DNA from: Batkoa obscura
Lineage: Eukaryota
NCBI GenBank assembly: GCA_030770535.1
Contig: JASVEC010000013.1
Coordinates: 248,001-312,000 of the forward strand
Direction of reading: 5' to 3'
Length of the DNA: 64,000 nucleotides
Shown: in pieces, positions 24,921 through 36,704 of the stretch
Layout: each line of letters opens with the position of its first letter
How positions within the stretch are numbered: the stretch's first letter is position 1
Made by a program: the position numbers and the translations under genes
Notes under the pieces: model-generated
The model's input: the letters and a program-made list of their open reading frames with translations, nothing else
What the model was told of the DNA's origin: nothing
Databases searched by the model: none

Positions 24921-25542
24921 AGTAAATGTTAAAGTTGACATAAATTAATATTAAACAGCATAGTTATTTTTTATGAATTCATAATTTTTAAAAAGCCTTC
25001 TGTTAAACAATCGAATCTAAAGTTAATTGATGATAGTCCTTAGCAATCCAAGTTCTGTTGAATGGTCATTTGAGTGCTTTATACTATTTTTATCATAAAA
25101 TACTTTATAATTTTGTATTTATCAAGCACTAATTCATTTAAAACTATATTTTTTTCTATAATAAAGCTATTATTTTAAAAACTAAATCAATTTCATAATA
25201 CAAATTTTTGATTGAATAAATGTTTTTTAAATTGAATGAGTAGATATTATTGATATTTTAAAAAGAGTATCAAAAGATTACTTTTATTTATCAAAAAAAC
25301 CCTTTAAAGTTCAACTTTGAGTTTATATTTATATTACTTGCATTCTTGTACAGGTTATTTTCAACCCAAAGTTTATTTTTTATTCAGTTTTAATATATTT
25401 TAAAGTTATAGTAAAATAGAAATGTTATTAAAGAAGGTGAAATATAATGAGATTATGACTCTTTTTTCCTCTTTATTTATTTATTTTTGTTAATAAAACA
25501 TTTGAAAACTTAACCTTTTTTCGAGAATATATAAAAGCATAA

Positions 25543-25644
25543 ATGGGGGTGTTTTTTTTGGTTTCATTACTTTTTCCATCTTTTAAGCACTATTTGAACG
25601 GAAAAATTGTTAGTAAAATCCTTAAACACAAAATAGGTCCCCAC
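25543..25644 (-). mobile_element. MITE family A copy
   Basis: Reverse consensus match. Confidence 0.85.
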
Positions 25645-25826
25645 ATATATAAAATAAAATAAAATAAAAAAATTAATAATAGATGGAAATAAATAATTAG
25701 TTAAATGTAATATATCAATTTTTGATTTCGATAGTTTAATTAAAGTCAATTGAAATTGAATTTGTTTTTAAATGGCTCTACTTTGACTTAAATCTGTATT
25801 CCCAAAAACAAAATAGTTAAATAAAT

Positions 25827-25928
25827 ATATGGAATGTATCTTTTTGTTTAAGAATTTTACTAACAGTTTTTCCACTCAAATAGCGCTTAAAAGATGGAAA
25901 AAGCGGAAGTCAAAAAAAACATCATCAT
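25827..25928 (+). mobile_element. MITE family A copy
   Basis: Consensus match. Confidence 0.85.
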
Positions 25929-26333
25929 ATTATGAAAATGGGATGTATTATTAGAAAAGAACCTTTGTCCTTCTTATCTTTTTTAATAACTTTCATTTGA
26001 TTTTTCTTGATTATAATAGTTGTGTTTTATCGATCTTAATTAATAAAATTTTAGCTACTGGCTTTTAGAAAAACATTAATCGATAGAAAATTAAGTGCTA
26101 TCCTTTACTATAAAAAAAAAGTAAAATATAAAAAAATCATCATGAATAACTATTTCAACGATTGATATTAGTATCAAATACAATCCCAACTAATAAAATA
26201 AACCTGGTTTTAATATTTTCTATTAAATACTAAATAAACTTAAATTATAAACCTTTTAATAAAAAAATAGAATAAAAGTATTAAAGTAAGTTAGAAATAA
26301 ATCAAATATTATGATAAATATCAGACATAATAT

Positions 26334-26435
26334 ATGGGGGTATTTTTTTGGTTTCATCACTTTTTCTATCTTTCAAGTGTTATTTGAGTGGAAAAATTGT
26401 TAGTAAAATTATTAAACAAAAAAATACATCTCCAT
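26334..26435 (-). mobile_element. MITE family A copy
   Basis: Reverse consensus match, TA-flanked. Confidence 0.85.
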
Positions 26436-26907
26436 ATACACAAAATAAAGATAAAAATAAATACACAATAAATTTACTATTAATTCGAAACAAAATAAAG
26501 TAGCATTAAAAATTAAATGCTAAAATCGATGAAGGCTTTGAATTATAACTTACTAAATAAAGTAAATTAAAATGATTTAAAAAAAGAAAAATCAACTTTA
26601 ATTTAAATGATCAAAAAACAGAAGCCCATTTGAATCTTAAATACCAAAAACCAGTTAAGAGAAAAATAAAAAGTAAAATGAAATATTAATATTCTTATTT
26701 TCTGTCTATTTTAATTAACAAAAGAACTTTGGGCTTTTGATTCATCTTTAAATAAATTGATTTTTATATCTATTCAATAAAATAGCACTCATTATTTAAG
26801 CCTATTTCTTTTATCGTTAATGACCAACTTAAAGAGATTATAAAAACCCAGTTACAATCTTCAAAATACAATATCAAAGCAGTTATATTTAACATTAAAT
26901 TAAAACA

Positions 26908-27378
26908 ATGAAAGCATCCATTATTTATACTCCTATCTTATTCGCTATCACCTTAGCTGTACCAGTTAATGAACAAGCTAATACTTCTACTTCATCTAGT
27001 ACAGATACTAAAGTAGATGGTAAAGGTTTTGATTATAATGGCTATGGTAGCTATGGAGGTTATCCCTATGGCGGAGGTTATGGAGGTTATGGAGGCTACA
27101 ATGGTTATAATGGCGGTTATAATGGAGGTTATAATGGAGGTTATAATGGAGGTTATCCTTATAGCTATAACTATGGAGCTAATGTCCAACAACCACAACA
27201 GCAACAACAACAGCAATCGGGAGGTATTTTAAATGGATTATTAGGACCTAATGGTTTAGTTGGTGGTTTAGTTGGTGGCTTATTAGGAGGTGGTAGAGGA
27301 CAAGCTCAAGGACAAAGTAATGGGTTATTAGGTGGATTATTAGGTGGTGGTAATGGCGGTCTTTTAGGAATTTTATAG
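26908..27378 (+). CDS. Secreted Gly/Tyr-rich prepro-protein (array member 2)
   Basis: MKASIIYTPILFAITLAVP..., VDGKGF, GGYN repeats, polyQ, and GILNGLLGPNGLVGGLVGGLLG...GGGNGGLLGIL. Confidence 0.9.
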   Translation: MKASIIYTPILFAITLAVPVNEQANTSTSSSTDTKVDGKGFDYNGYGSYGGYPYGGGYGGYGGYNGYNGGYNGGYNGGYNGGYPYSYNYGANVQQPQQQQQQQSGGILNGLLGPNGLVGGLVGGLLGGGRGQAQGQSNGLLGGLLGGGNGGLLGIL

Positions 27379-28142
27379 ATTAGTGGGAGCAGAGTTTAAT
27401 TTATTCTCTCTGAATTATATTTATATTTATATTGAAATAAAAAATGAATTGAAAATTCGATTTTGTTAATGAATAATAATTAATGTGATTATAATTTTAA
27501 CATTTAAATTTAAAGTCTAAAAACTATAATTTCAATATTTAAATTAGAAATAAACATATTTGTATGATTTAAGTTTAATTTATAAAATACATTATTGACT
27601 ATTTTTTCTTTATTAATTTGATCATTTTTTATTCAACGTAAAATTTACAAAATTATTATTTAATTAATTATTCAAAAAAAAACAGCTTTATATGCTTATC
27701 TTATAATTCGAAAAGGTCGATAATTTTTATAGAACTCATTCTTATACTTTGTAAAAAATATTAAGATCAGAAAATAATTGCATTTTGGGTTTAAATTTAT
27801 CTATAATTTATTCACACTGTCTAGAAAAGGTGCTTAAAATTTAACTAATCAATGTGAAAAAAAATTAAAAGCATAAAGCTCATTTTAATTCATACTGAGA
27901 ATCAATAAAATTATAGTAGTTTAACTCAATATCTGCTAATTTATTATCTAACAATCAATCCACAAATGGCGGCTTTACTACATCGCTACAATGTCAATTA
28001 AGCTAATAAATAAACCTTGATGTATCTAATCAAATTCATTTATTTCAACCAACAACTACGGAACTAAAGGGTATATAAAAGAGGAGCTATTATCTTTAAA
28101 GTAAACATCAAAAGACTTTAACTTTAACTTTATTTAAAAAAG

Positions 28143-28637
28143 ATGAAAGCTTCTTTGATTCTTATTTCATATTTATTCTCCTTAGCATTAAGTACACCAA
28201 CTGAAGAACAAATTTCTACTGCTGGTGCTCAAGCTTCTACTACTATTAAGCAAGCTTTCACCGATACCCCTGTAACTGGTAAATTCTTTAATTGTCCAGG
28301 TTACCGTGGTTTTAACAATTATGATAATTATGGAGGCTATCCAAATTACGGTAATTATTTTTCGTCTTACAATTATAATTATGGAAGTAATGGTCAACCT
28401 TAACAATAACAACAGCAACAAAAATCGGATGATCTGTTAGGTGGCGTATTAGAAAATAATGATTTAATCGATAGCTTAATCGGATCTAATAGTTTGGTTC
28501 CAGGTATTATTAATGGTGCGATTGGGGGACCTGTTGATCATAATGGATATGGCCAAGAACAAGGACAAAGTAATGGGTTGTTAGATGGGTTATTAAATCA
28601 AACAATGTACCTCTTTTGGATAGTTTATAAAAGATGA
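28143..28637 (+). pseudogene. Array member 3, truncated by two TAA codons in the polyQ tract
   Basis: Family leader and VTGKFF. TAA at 28401 and 28407 lie within a CAA run; the same frame continues with a tail homologous to member 2 (GQEQGQSNGLLDGLL). Confidence 0.85.
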
Positions 28638-28807
28638 GGGGTTTAGGAGTCACTTATAGTCGTGGGATTATTAAATTTAAATTTATGTTTATATTGAAAT
28701 AAAAAAGGAATTGGAATTAGTGTTGGTTTTATAAATTTTGGAAGGAATGAATTTTGTAATTTTTGTATTTTGTCCATTTTCTATGTAGTGTAATTTTTAA
28801 AAAAATT

Positions 28808-28970
28808 TAGCTGCTGCAACTTTATTGCGATTAAATTTGCAGTAACTTTTAGAATCAACTATTGTTCATTTTGGTTCAAGGAGCCCTGAACTTTTATTAT
28901 AATCTGGCTTTATCAAAATTTTATTATTAAATAAGCAGTTAATTAGGTCGCAGAAGAGTTGCAGTAGCTA
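28808..28970. mobile_element. MITE family C copy (~160 bp)
   Basis: TAGCTGCTGCAACTTTATTGCGA ... TCGCAGAAGAGTTGCAGTAGCTA. Confidence 0.7.
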
Positions 28971-29014
28971 TATTAATAAAAAGTTGAAAGAAATATACAC
29001 TTAGAAATTCCAAC

Positions 29015-29171
29015 TACAGCTATTGGGGTCTATTGGGACCTAATTTGTGGTGGTTTTTAGAGCTAGTTGTTTTATTTTTTTGATGCTTGATAAATATTTT
29101 ATTTGCTTTTAGATAAATTTTACTTGCAGATGAGTAATTGACTATATTGTAAAAGAGCCCCAACAGTCGTA
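29015..29171. mobile_element. MITE family C variant
   Basis: TACAGCTATTGGGGTC ... GAGCCCCAACAGTCGTA. Confidence 0.55.
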
Positions 29172-30065
29172 TTTAGGAATAAAAAAAACTTCTAAGGGTT
29201 TCAAATCGGGAAAAAAATTGACCGAGTTACTTTACCCATATTAATTTTACATATTAGGTTGTTTTTTGTATTCTTGGAATTTTTATGCAAGCGAAGGCGT
29301 TCAAAAAGTGACTGAATAACCACTGCAAAAGTTTAAAAAAAACATTGAATTAAACAGATTTTAGGCATTAAGAATAGCTTTTGCTGCAGTCGACAACATA
29401 TTATTTACCATGTGTATAAAAAATTCCGAGCATATAATGAATGACCTACAGCATTGGGACTATTTAGGTTTTACTTTTCAATACCAAAACTACCTAGGCT
29501 TTAATTTAGTTCCTTATTAATATGAATAAAAAAAGTAAATTATAGTTTCATGATAATTTATAGATTAGATTCGATCAATCTAAGAAAGATCTCAAAATCC
29601 ATAACAATATATTGTTTAGTCAATCTATAGCTACCACTTTAAATTTAATCTTCTCTTTCTAAAATAATAAGCTAAAACTTTCTTATAGTAAACACTGCCT
29701 TGGGCATCGTTTTTAACAAAAAAGTAAATAGAAACAAAGCTCTCAAGTAGAAGAGAAAGGAATAAAAATCAATTCAAATCATACAGCTTGAAATCAAAAG
29801 CCCATCTTAATCTTTAAAACAAAAATATTAAATATTAAAACTAGTTTAAAATTTTAATTCAATGTCTTATTACTTTTTACTTACATAGCAACAAAGTAAT
29901 CACGGCTTTCTACTTCAATCCAAAAATAAACTCTTTTAACAAACAAATGACAATTCACTTCTCTAAGCGCATTTATTTAATACTGTAATTACCAACTAAC
30001 AACTACTGGCAAAATAATATATAAACGCCTGGAAATTATCTTAAAAATATAAAAAAAACAAAATA

Positions 30066-30470
30066 ATGAAACCATACATTACATACATTCCTTTTTTATC
30101 AGCACTCACCTTAAGCTCACCAACAGATAAAAAAGTATCTAGTGAACTACAAGCTTCTAGTGATACTTCTGTAGATAGTAAAAGCTTCCTTTTTAATGGT
30201 TTCAATGGTAACAATAGGCGTAACAATGGAAATAATTATCGTCAACGCTGCCCTTTCTTTAATGGATCTACTGGCTCTTCTGTAGATGGTAAAAATTTAC
30301 TTTCGAGTGGTAAAAGCTGTCCCTTCTTTAAAAGATATAAAAATGCTGGTCAACAACAACCTCAGCAGCAATCTCAACCTCAAATTCAATTTGATCCCCA
30401 ACCTCAAGAACCTCAGCAAATACCCAAACGTCAACAGGAACAACAGCAACAGTCGAGTTGGTGGTGGTAA
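30066..30470 (+). CDS. Secreted prepro-protein, Q/P-rich, ends SSWWW (array member 4)
   Basis: Family leader, VDSKSF, duplicated CPFF unit, polyQ. Confidence 0.85.
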   Translation: MKPYITYIPFLSALTLSSPTDKKVSSELQASSDTSVDSKSFLFNGFNGNNRRNNGNNYRQRCPFFNGSTGSSVDGKNLLSSGKSCPFFKRYKNAGQQQPQQQSQPQIQFDPQPQEPQQIPKRQQEQQQQSSWWW

Positions 30471-31543
30471 CGGTAATGAGTTGGTGGAGATCTAATAAAT
30501 GAAGAAGACCTATAATATTTCTTACTGCTCTCTCCATCGTAATTTATATATTTATACTTTAATTTGTTTTAAAATAAAAATCGAGTTGATGGCAATTGTA
30601 AGCCTTTATAAATTGTTTTTAAAATTGATAACATTTATTAAGGGATAAAAAATAATGTGAGGATCTTTTAAAAAAAAACTTGAAATCATAAAGCCTTTGA
30701 AAGTTTACTTATGGAATAATTTTATTAAGATTATAGTTTAATGAAAGGATATCAAAGATTGTATAACACTATGCTTCAGTCAATTTTAACTTTACATACT
30801 AACTTACAATTAATAACTAATAAATAATAAATACAATTTATACTAATATACTAAATCCATATAAAATACTAAAAATCTATATTTAAAACCTAGTAAATTG
30901 CATACCTACCATACTTCCATGGCTTTTGTTTATATTCAATAAGCTTGAAAATTTTGCTAAAATTAAAAATAAAAATTATCAGCTTGACTTGATCTAAATT
31001 CCCAAGATTTGCAAGTGAATGTTCTCTTATTTTCTTATTTTGTCCATATTTTATGCTGCATAAAATCTAAAAATAACTCATGAATAAATACTAAAATAAA
31101 AAACATTACCATACTCTTTGTTTTAGAACTGAATTAAAGAAAAAAAAACACTATTTTCAGTATTCTGCTTGAATTTTGATTTCTATAAAATAAAACCGGA
31201 AAATAATTTTACCTTGGGTTGAATTTTACTCATGTCATTTATACAGTTAAAAATCAACTCAAGTTAAAAACATAAAATTGAAAGCCCATCTCGACACCAA
31301 AGGAAAGGAATCGCTAAAAAAATAGCAATAATATAACCTGGTATGCTATTATTTTATCGTTACAAAGAAATAATGGTAAGGATTTTTTACTTCAATTGAA
31401 ATTGAATTACTCTGGCAAACAAACAGCAACCTTAATTGATTAGTCGCATGGATTCAACAATGATGTAACCGGTCTATACCTACTTGTCAAAAGGTATATA
31501 AATCCCCAACCTAACCTTCAAAAAATCAACAAAACAAAAAATA

Positions 31544-31975
31544 ATGAAGGCATTCTTTGTGTGTACTCCCTTGTTATTAGGCTTTATTTTTAGTGTCCCA
31601 ATTGATAAAAATATATCTAATGACTTACAATTAAGTACAGATACCTCTATAGCTGGTAAAAGTTTCCTTTTCAAAGATAAAAAAGATTGCGATTGCAATG
31701 GATCCAATGGTGACTATAATATTGGAAATCACAGCCAGGGGGACCACCCCACATACGGCCATGGAAGTACTGATCAACCTTACCATCAACAACCTGTTCA
31801 GCCTGAAAAGCCCCATGAGCCTCATCGAGCTCATCCGCCTCAAAGGCCTCATCGATTTCAACGACAGCAACAGCAACAACAACAACAACTATGGGGTGGT
31901 GGGCAGCAGCAACAGCAATTGGGTGGTGGGCAACAACAGCAACAACAGCAACAACAACAGTCAGGTTGGTGGTGA
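31544..31975 (+). CDS. Secreted prepro-protein, His/Pro/Gln-rich, ends SGWW (array member 5)
   Basis: Family leader, IAGKSF, and QLWGGGQQQ repeats. Confidence 0.85.
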   Translation: MKAFFVCTPLLLGFIFSVPIDKNISNDLQLSTDTSIAGKSFLFKDKKDCDCNGSNGDYNIGNHSQGDHPTYGHGSTDQPYHQQPVQPEKPHEPHRAHPPQRPHRFQRQQQQQQQQLWGGGQQQQQLGGGQQQQQQQQQQSGWW

Positions 31976-32848
31976 CAATGATAGCGATGTCCTTTCAGAT
32001 ATTTTATAAGTAATGTTAATCTAGTTTATCTTTCATTACTCGAATTTTGCCTTTACATATCTCTAAATAAAAAACAATTTTAAATTAAAGTTGTTTTATA
32101 ATGTTTATAAATTATTTTTTGATAATTCAAGGCTTTATCAAGGGTAAGTATAGATACAGTTAATTTTGTATTTATCGAAAGTGTAAAGCTATTGTGTGTT
32201 TATTTAGCATATTTAGTGGATGATTTAATGAAGGGGTAATAAAGGTTAATAAAATTCGATAGATCAATGATAATAAAATTATCTATTAGTTTAAATTAAC
32301 TCTATTTTACATGTTATATTACACTCAATAAAAAAAAAGAAATACAGCAAACGTTTTATTATTATATTTAATATTGTTATTTCTTAGCATTTATTAGACT
32401 TATTACTATTAGAAATGATTAAAAACCAATATAATATGCATTAATAAAAGGAAACTATATTAAATATCAAAAGTATTTCATTCAAAGCCTAATAAACCAA
32501 ATATATACCGTTATACCATTATTGTATTACTTGATTATATATAATATGTTTAAAAGATAATCTAATCAAAATTTAATCGAAATTGAAGTTGAAAAACTAA
32601 TGAGAGTAGTTTCATTATTTATTTAATTATTCATTTTTATGCAGCCTTAAATTTTAGAAAGATTATTGAAAAAAACATTCCTAAATGGTTTTAAAATTAA
32701 AGAGAAGTGTTAACTTCTCTATACTGTTCAGTCTATTCTTTACTTTTTTATAAGAGATCATCCGGAGAATAATTGTACCTTGGGTTAAAATTTATCCACA
32801 TTTTATTACAACTTTAGAGATCATTCTTGAACTTTTTAGTGCTTAAAG

Positions 32849-33012
32849 TACAGCTGTTGCAGCTTTTTTACAAACTATTTAGCGTAAATTTTATAGTTAA
32901 CTAATTTATGTAACAGAATTCTTAATGTATAATCCTTATATTTTGGAAAATCTTAGCAATAACTTTGCTCTTAAACTGTAAAATAGTTGCAAAAAAAGCT
33001 TTAACAGCAGTA
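32849..33012. mobile_element. MITE family C copy
   Basis: TACAGCTGTTGCAGCTTTTTT ... AAAAAAGCTTTAACAGCAGTA. Confidence 0.7.
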
Positions 33013-33587
33013 ATTAGCTTTTGAAATAGGTTAGTTTCTAACTGTTTCTCACTATACAATTATTTTATATCCTTTTTAGATAATTAATAATTCATTTAAG
33101 AGTAAATATTTAGCTAAAATTAGTCATAGATATGGATGAGCTTTTAAAAAATCAGTTCTAAAAATTGACAAAATATAAAAATTATCACTAAACTATTCGT
33201 AAAACAGATGTAACATAAAAGTCGAATTTGTTTTTTTATTCATTCATGCAAAATGAAGAATAAAAATCAACCTAAATTTAAAGTAATAAAGCTGAAAGTG
33301 CATTTTAGCATTTGAAGGGAAAAAAATCAACATAGGAAGTGCTAACACTTTAGTCCAATATTTTACAGCTTTATACCCGCACAATGACAGAGTAGTTGAG
33401 GCTTTTTATTTCAATTCAAATTCGAAGCGTCCTACAAAAAACAACATTCATTAGCTATGCGCAATTTGTTCAATATTATAATTATTGACCTGTAACTACT
33501 TATCAAAAGGGTATATAAAAACATTGACTTTTAATCATTTAAAAAATATCACAACAACGTCTTTAGCATTAAAGAAACAATCAAACA

Positions 33588-33920
33588 ATGAAAGCATCTT
33601 TTATCTATACTTTGGCTTTATTAGCATATACCTTAGGTGCTCCAACTAGTGAAAATGGTTCTTCAAGTATACATGATCCTACCAATACCTTTGTAAATGG
33701 TAAAGGTTTCCATTATAATGGTGGCTATAATAGTGAAAAACATGGCCAATTTAGCCCTGATAATTATGAAGGTACTAATAAGCCTCAACTACAAGCTAGA
33801 CGATTCATACAGCAACAACAGCAACAACAATTATGGGGCGGTGGGCAACAACAACAACAACAACAACAGTCAAGTGGCGGACAACAGCAACAACAACAAC
33901 AATCGGGCTGGTGGTGGTAA
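33588..33920 (+). CDS. Secreted prepro-protein, polyQ, ends SGWWW (array member 6)
   Basis: Family leader, VNGKGF, QLWGGGQQQ. Confidence 0.85.
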   Translation: MKASFIYTLALLAYTLGAPTSENGSSSIHDPTNTFVNGKGFHYNGGYNSEKHGQFSPDNYEGTNKPQLQARRFIQQQQQQQLWGGGQQQQQQQQSSGGQQQQQQQSGWWW

Positions 33921-34309
33921 TGGCCATAAACTGTTAGGCCGAAGTGGTGATAGCCTTTTAGGATTGCTTAAATAATAAAGATACTTTTTATTTTTATGTC
34001 TCTCTCTACCCGTCAACACTTTTCATATTTATATTTATATCAAAATAAAAAATAAAATGTTTTTAATTTGTATCTGTTTATATGTTTTTTTTTGGAAATT
34101 GGGTTTTTTACTAAGGAATATGAGTTTTTTTTACATTTATTGGAATTTTAGAGCTTTCAAATGTCTTTTTACTATACTTAAAGTATGCTCTACCAAGAAG
34201 TAAAAATGTATAACTATAAGAAAGTTTTTAAAATTCATGTTATAAAATAACCTAGATTTAGTCCGGATAAATCGTAGTTTACATGTTATTTTACACTTAA
34301 AAAACAAAT

Positions 34310-34409
34310 ATAAGGATGTTTTTTTAGTTTCATTACTTTTTCCATTTTTTGAACACTATTTGGGCGGAAAGATTGTTATTAAAATTCTTACAAAAAAATA
34401 CGTCCTCAT
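34310..34409 (-). mobile_element. MITE family A copy
   Basis: Reverse consensus match. Confidence 0.8.
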
Positions 34410-34714
34410 GCTCAAAATTTTATTATTTCTGCCACTATTAAAATAAAAAGTCAACATACATTATAAAACTAAACCTATACCAAATGTCAAATGCCTTTCA
34501 TTTAAAACTTAGCAATGTAAACGAATGTATTGAGAACACCAATTGAATATACTGGATGTTTAAACACTTATTGAAATTGAAACTAAAACTAAAATATATT
34601 AGTTTGATTTTGGCTACAATTTAGAAAATCCATAAGCAGATGTTTTTCTTAACTTTTTGTCCATTTCCTGGCATATAAAATTTAAAAAATGTTATTATCG
34701 GAATATTAGTATAT

Positions 34715-34819
34715 AAGTGGATGTTTTTTTTTGGTTTCATCACTTTTTCCGCTTTTTAAGTGCTATTTGAGTGGAAAGATTGCTAGTAAGATTCTTAAAC
34801 ACAAAAGATACATCCCCAT
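34715..34819 (-). mobile_element. MITE family A copy
   Basis: Reverse consensus match. Confidence 0.85.
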
Positions 34820-34975
34820 AAAAACATTTTATACTATTATCTTAAAAGTAAAGAGAAAAAAACTGTCTCATAGCAGCCATTCTTATAATATTCATAAGGA
34901 ATTAAACCTGAAAAACAATCGAACTTTAAACTTAAATTTACTGATATCATTTTACACAGCCTGGGGATCAAGATT

Positions 34976-35144
34976 TACAGCTATCGCAGCTCTTTTGCAA
35001 TTTTTTTAGCGCTGATTTTTATAGGAAAATTATTTGTATAACCGATTTTTTAAAGCCTTTTCCTTATATTTTTACCGAATTTCAATGTGAATTTTCCTTT
35101 TAAATGAACAAACAGCTAGATCATAAAAGGATTGCAATAGCATA
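34976..35144. mobile_element. MITE family C copy
   Basis: TACAGCTATCGCAGCTCTTTTGC ... AAAAGGATTGCAATAGCATA; interior resembles the 32849 copy. Confidence 0.6.
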
Positions 35145-35201
35145 GTTGTATTGTTCAAAATAATTGGCCTTGTAAAATTTTTAGTTGGTATTTAGCACGA
35201 A

Positions 35202-35343
35202 TGTAGCTGTTGCAGATTTAATACTACCTAATTGTTTATTTAGAAATAAATTTTAACTAAAAATAGCCTAAAAATAATAATTTGGCTCTAAAAAAATCAA
35301 CCACAAATAACGGACTCTAAAATTCACCGCTAACTATGTCGTA
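35202..35343. mobile_element. MITE family C variant (degenerate)
   Basis: TGTAGCTGTTGCAG left end; the interior is a reverse match to the 29015 copy. Confidence 0.45.
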
Positions 35344-35366
35344 ATAAAGTTTCAACAGGATGAATG

Positions 35367-35641
35367 TATGTAGTAGTGTTTTTTACCAATTGTCCTTTTT
35401 GCTATTTTAAAATTTAGAAATTAATTAACCAGTATGTTGTTTAAGCTTGGATCTGCGCTGGCAAACAATTAATTTTATAACCAGCTATTTGTTCTTCATA
35501 CTGATTTGAGGCTTGTTAATTTAATTTTAATTTTAATTAGCAATTAGCTAGTACATATCCAAGTTTAAACAGCATAGTGGTTAATTAATTTCTAAATTTT
35601 AAAATAGCAAAAGGACAATTGGTAAAAAACATCCCCAATAT
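35367..35641. mobile_element. MITE family B, long-TIR (~80 bp) foldback element
   Basis: TGTTTTTTACCAATTGTCCTTTTTGCTATTTTAAAATTTAGAAATTAATTAACCA... is mirrored at 35557-35632. Confidence 0.85.
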
Positions 35642-35913
35642 TAAACTTTTAAAAAAACTCTGCCTCAAACGTATTTTTAAAAAAATTGGGTTTAAATTAA
35701 AACACTAAATTTGAAAACACAATTGATATTTAAAGCAAGACAAATAAATAAAAAGAATAACAAATTTACTCAAATATCTTATTATTTTATACGTACAAAC
35801 AATAGTTTGAATCATTTATCGGATTAGTTAAATACTCACACTATCAACTTGTAACTGTTTATTAAAAAGGTATAAAAGCACGTACCATTGCTTTTAAAAA
35901 ATATAAATAAACA

Positions 35914-36704
35914 ATGAAATCATTCTTTGTCTATATTTCCTTATTCGCTTTAAGCTCAGGTGCCCCAACTGGTGAACAAGCTTATGTTGACACTCAAGAA
36001 AATACTAGTACCCCCGTAAAAAGCAAAGCTTTTCTTTACAGAGGTTCCAATGGTAGTAGTAGGGGTTTCAATGAAGGCGCTAGCACAGGTATTGATGGAG
36101 GTATCAATACAGGTTTCCACAAAGGTTTCCACGTAGGCTTCAACGGAGGTAGTAGTGGAGGTGTTGATCGAGGTGCTAACATGGGCTCCAACAGAGGTAT
36201 TGGCTCAGGTTTCATTACAGGTGTTAATGTAGGTTTTAATAAAGGTACTCATGTAGGCTTCAATCGAGGCAATGGTGGGATATCAATGGAGGAATCAGCG
36301 CAGGTTTTGGTTAGGGTATTGATGGAGGTTTTGATCAAGGCATTGGCGTAGGTTTCGATAGAGGTGATAACCCAGATTTTAATAGCGGTACCAACGGGGG
36401 TTTTAATGGAGGTAACCATAACCGAGGTTCAAGTGACTCTAACAGTCATAAAGGCGGTGGCCAACCTCAGCCTCACAGATCTAAACCTCTCAGGCCTAAA
36501 CCTCAAAAACCCAGGAGAGCGCATGATGTAGTCAACCGTGATTAAAGCTCCTCTAGCCCAAATAATTATGAAGATGATGATCAACCTGAAGAGCCTCATC
36601 CGCAACAGCCTCATACTAAACCCCTGCGCCGACCAAACCAGCAGTAGCAGCAGAAATCAGGCGGTGGAGAACAGCAACAACAACAACCGGGCTACCGGTG
36701 GTAA
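35914..36704 (+). pseudogene. Array member 7, GFxxG-repeat type, frameshifted with premature stops; ends PGYRW
   Basis: Leader and VKSKAF. Frameshift near 36280; the new frame has TAG 36312, TAA 36543 and TAG 36645 before the terminal TAA at 36702. Confidence 0.8.

Noticed and set aside
28401..36647. Alternative genetic code (TAA/TAG = Gln)
   Set aside because: Conserved genes (UGP1, KSH1, UTP25) end at TAA exactly where expected, and long conserved exons lack in-frame TAR codons.
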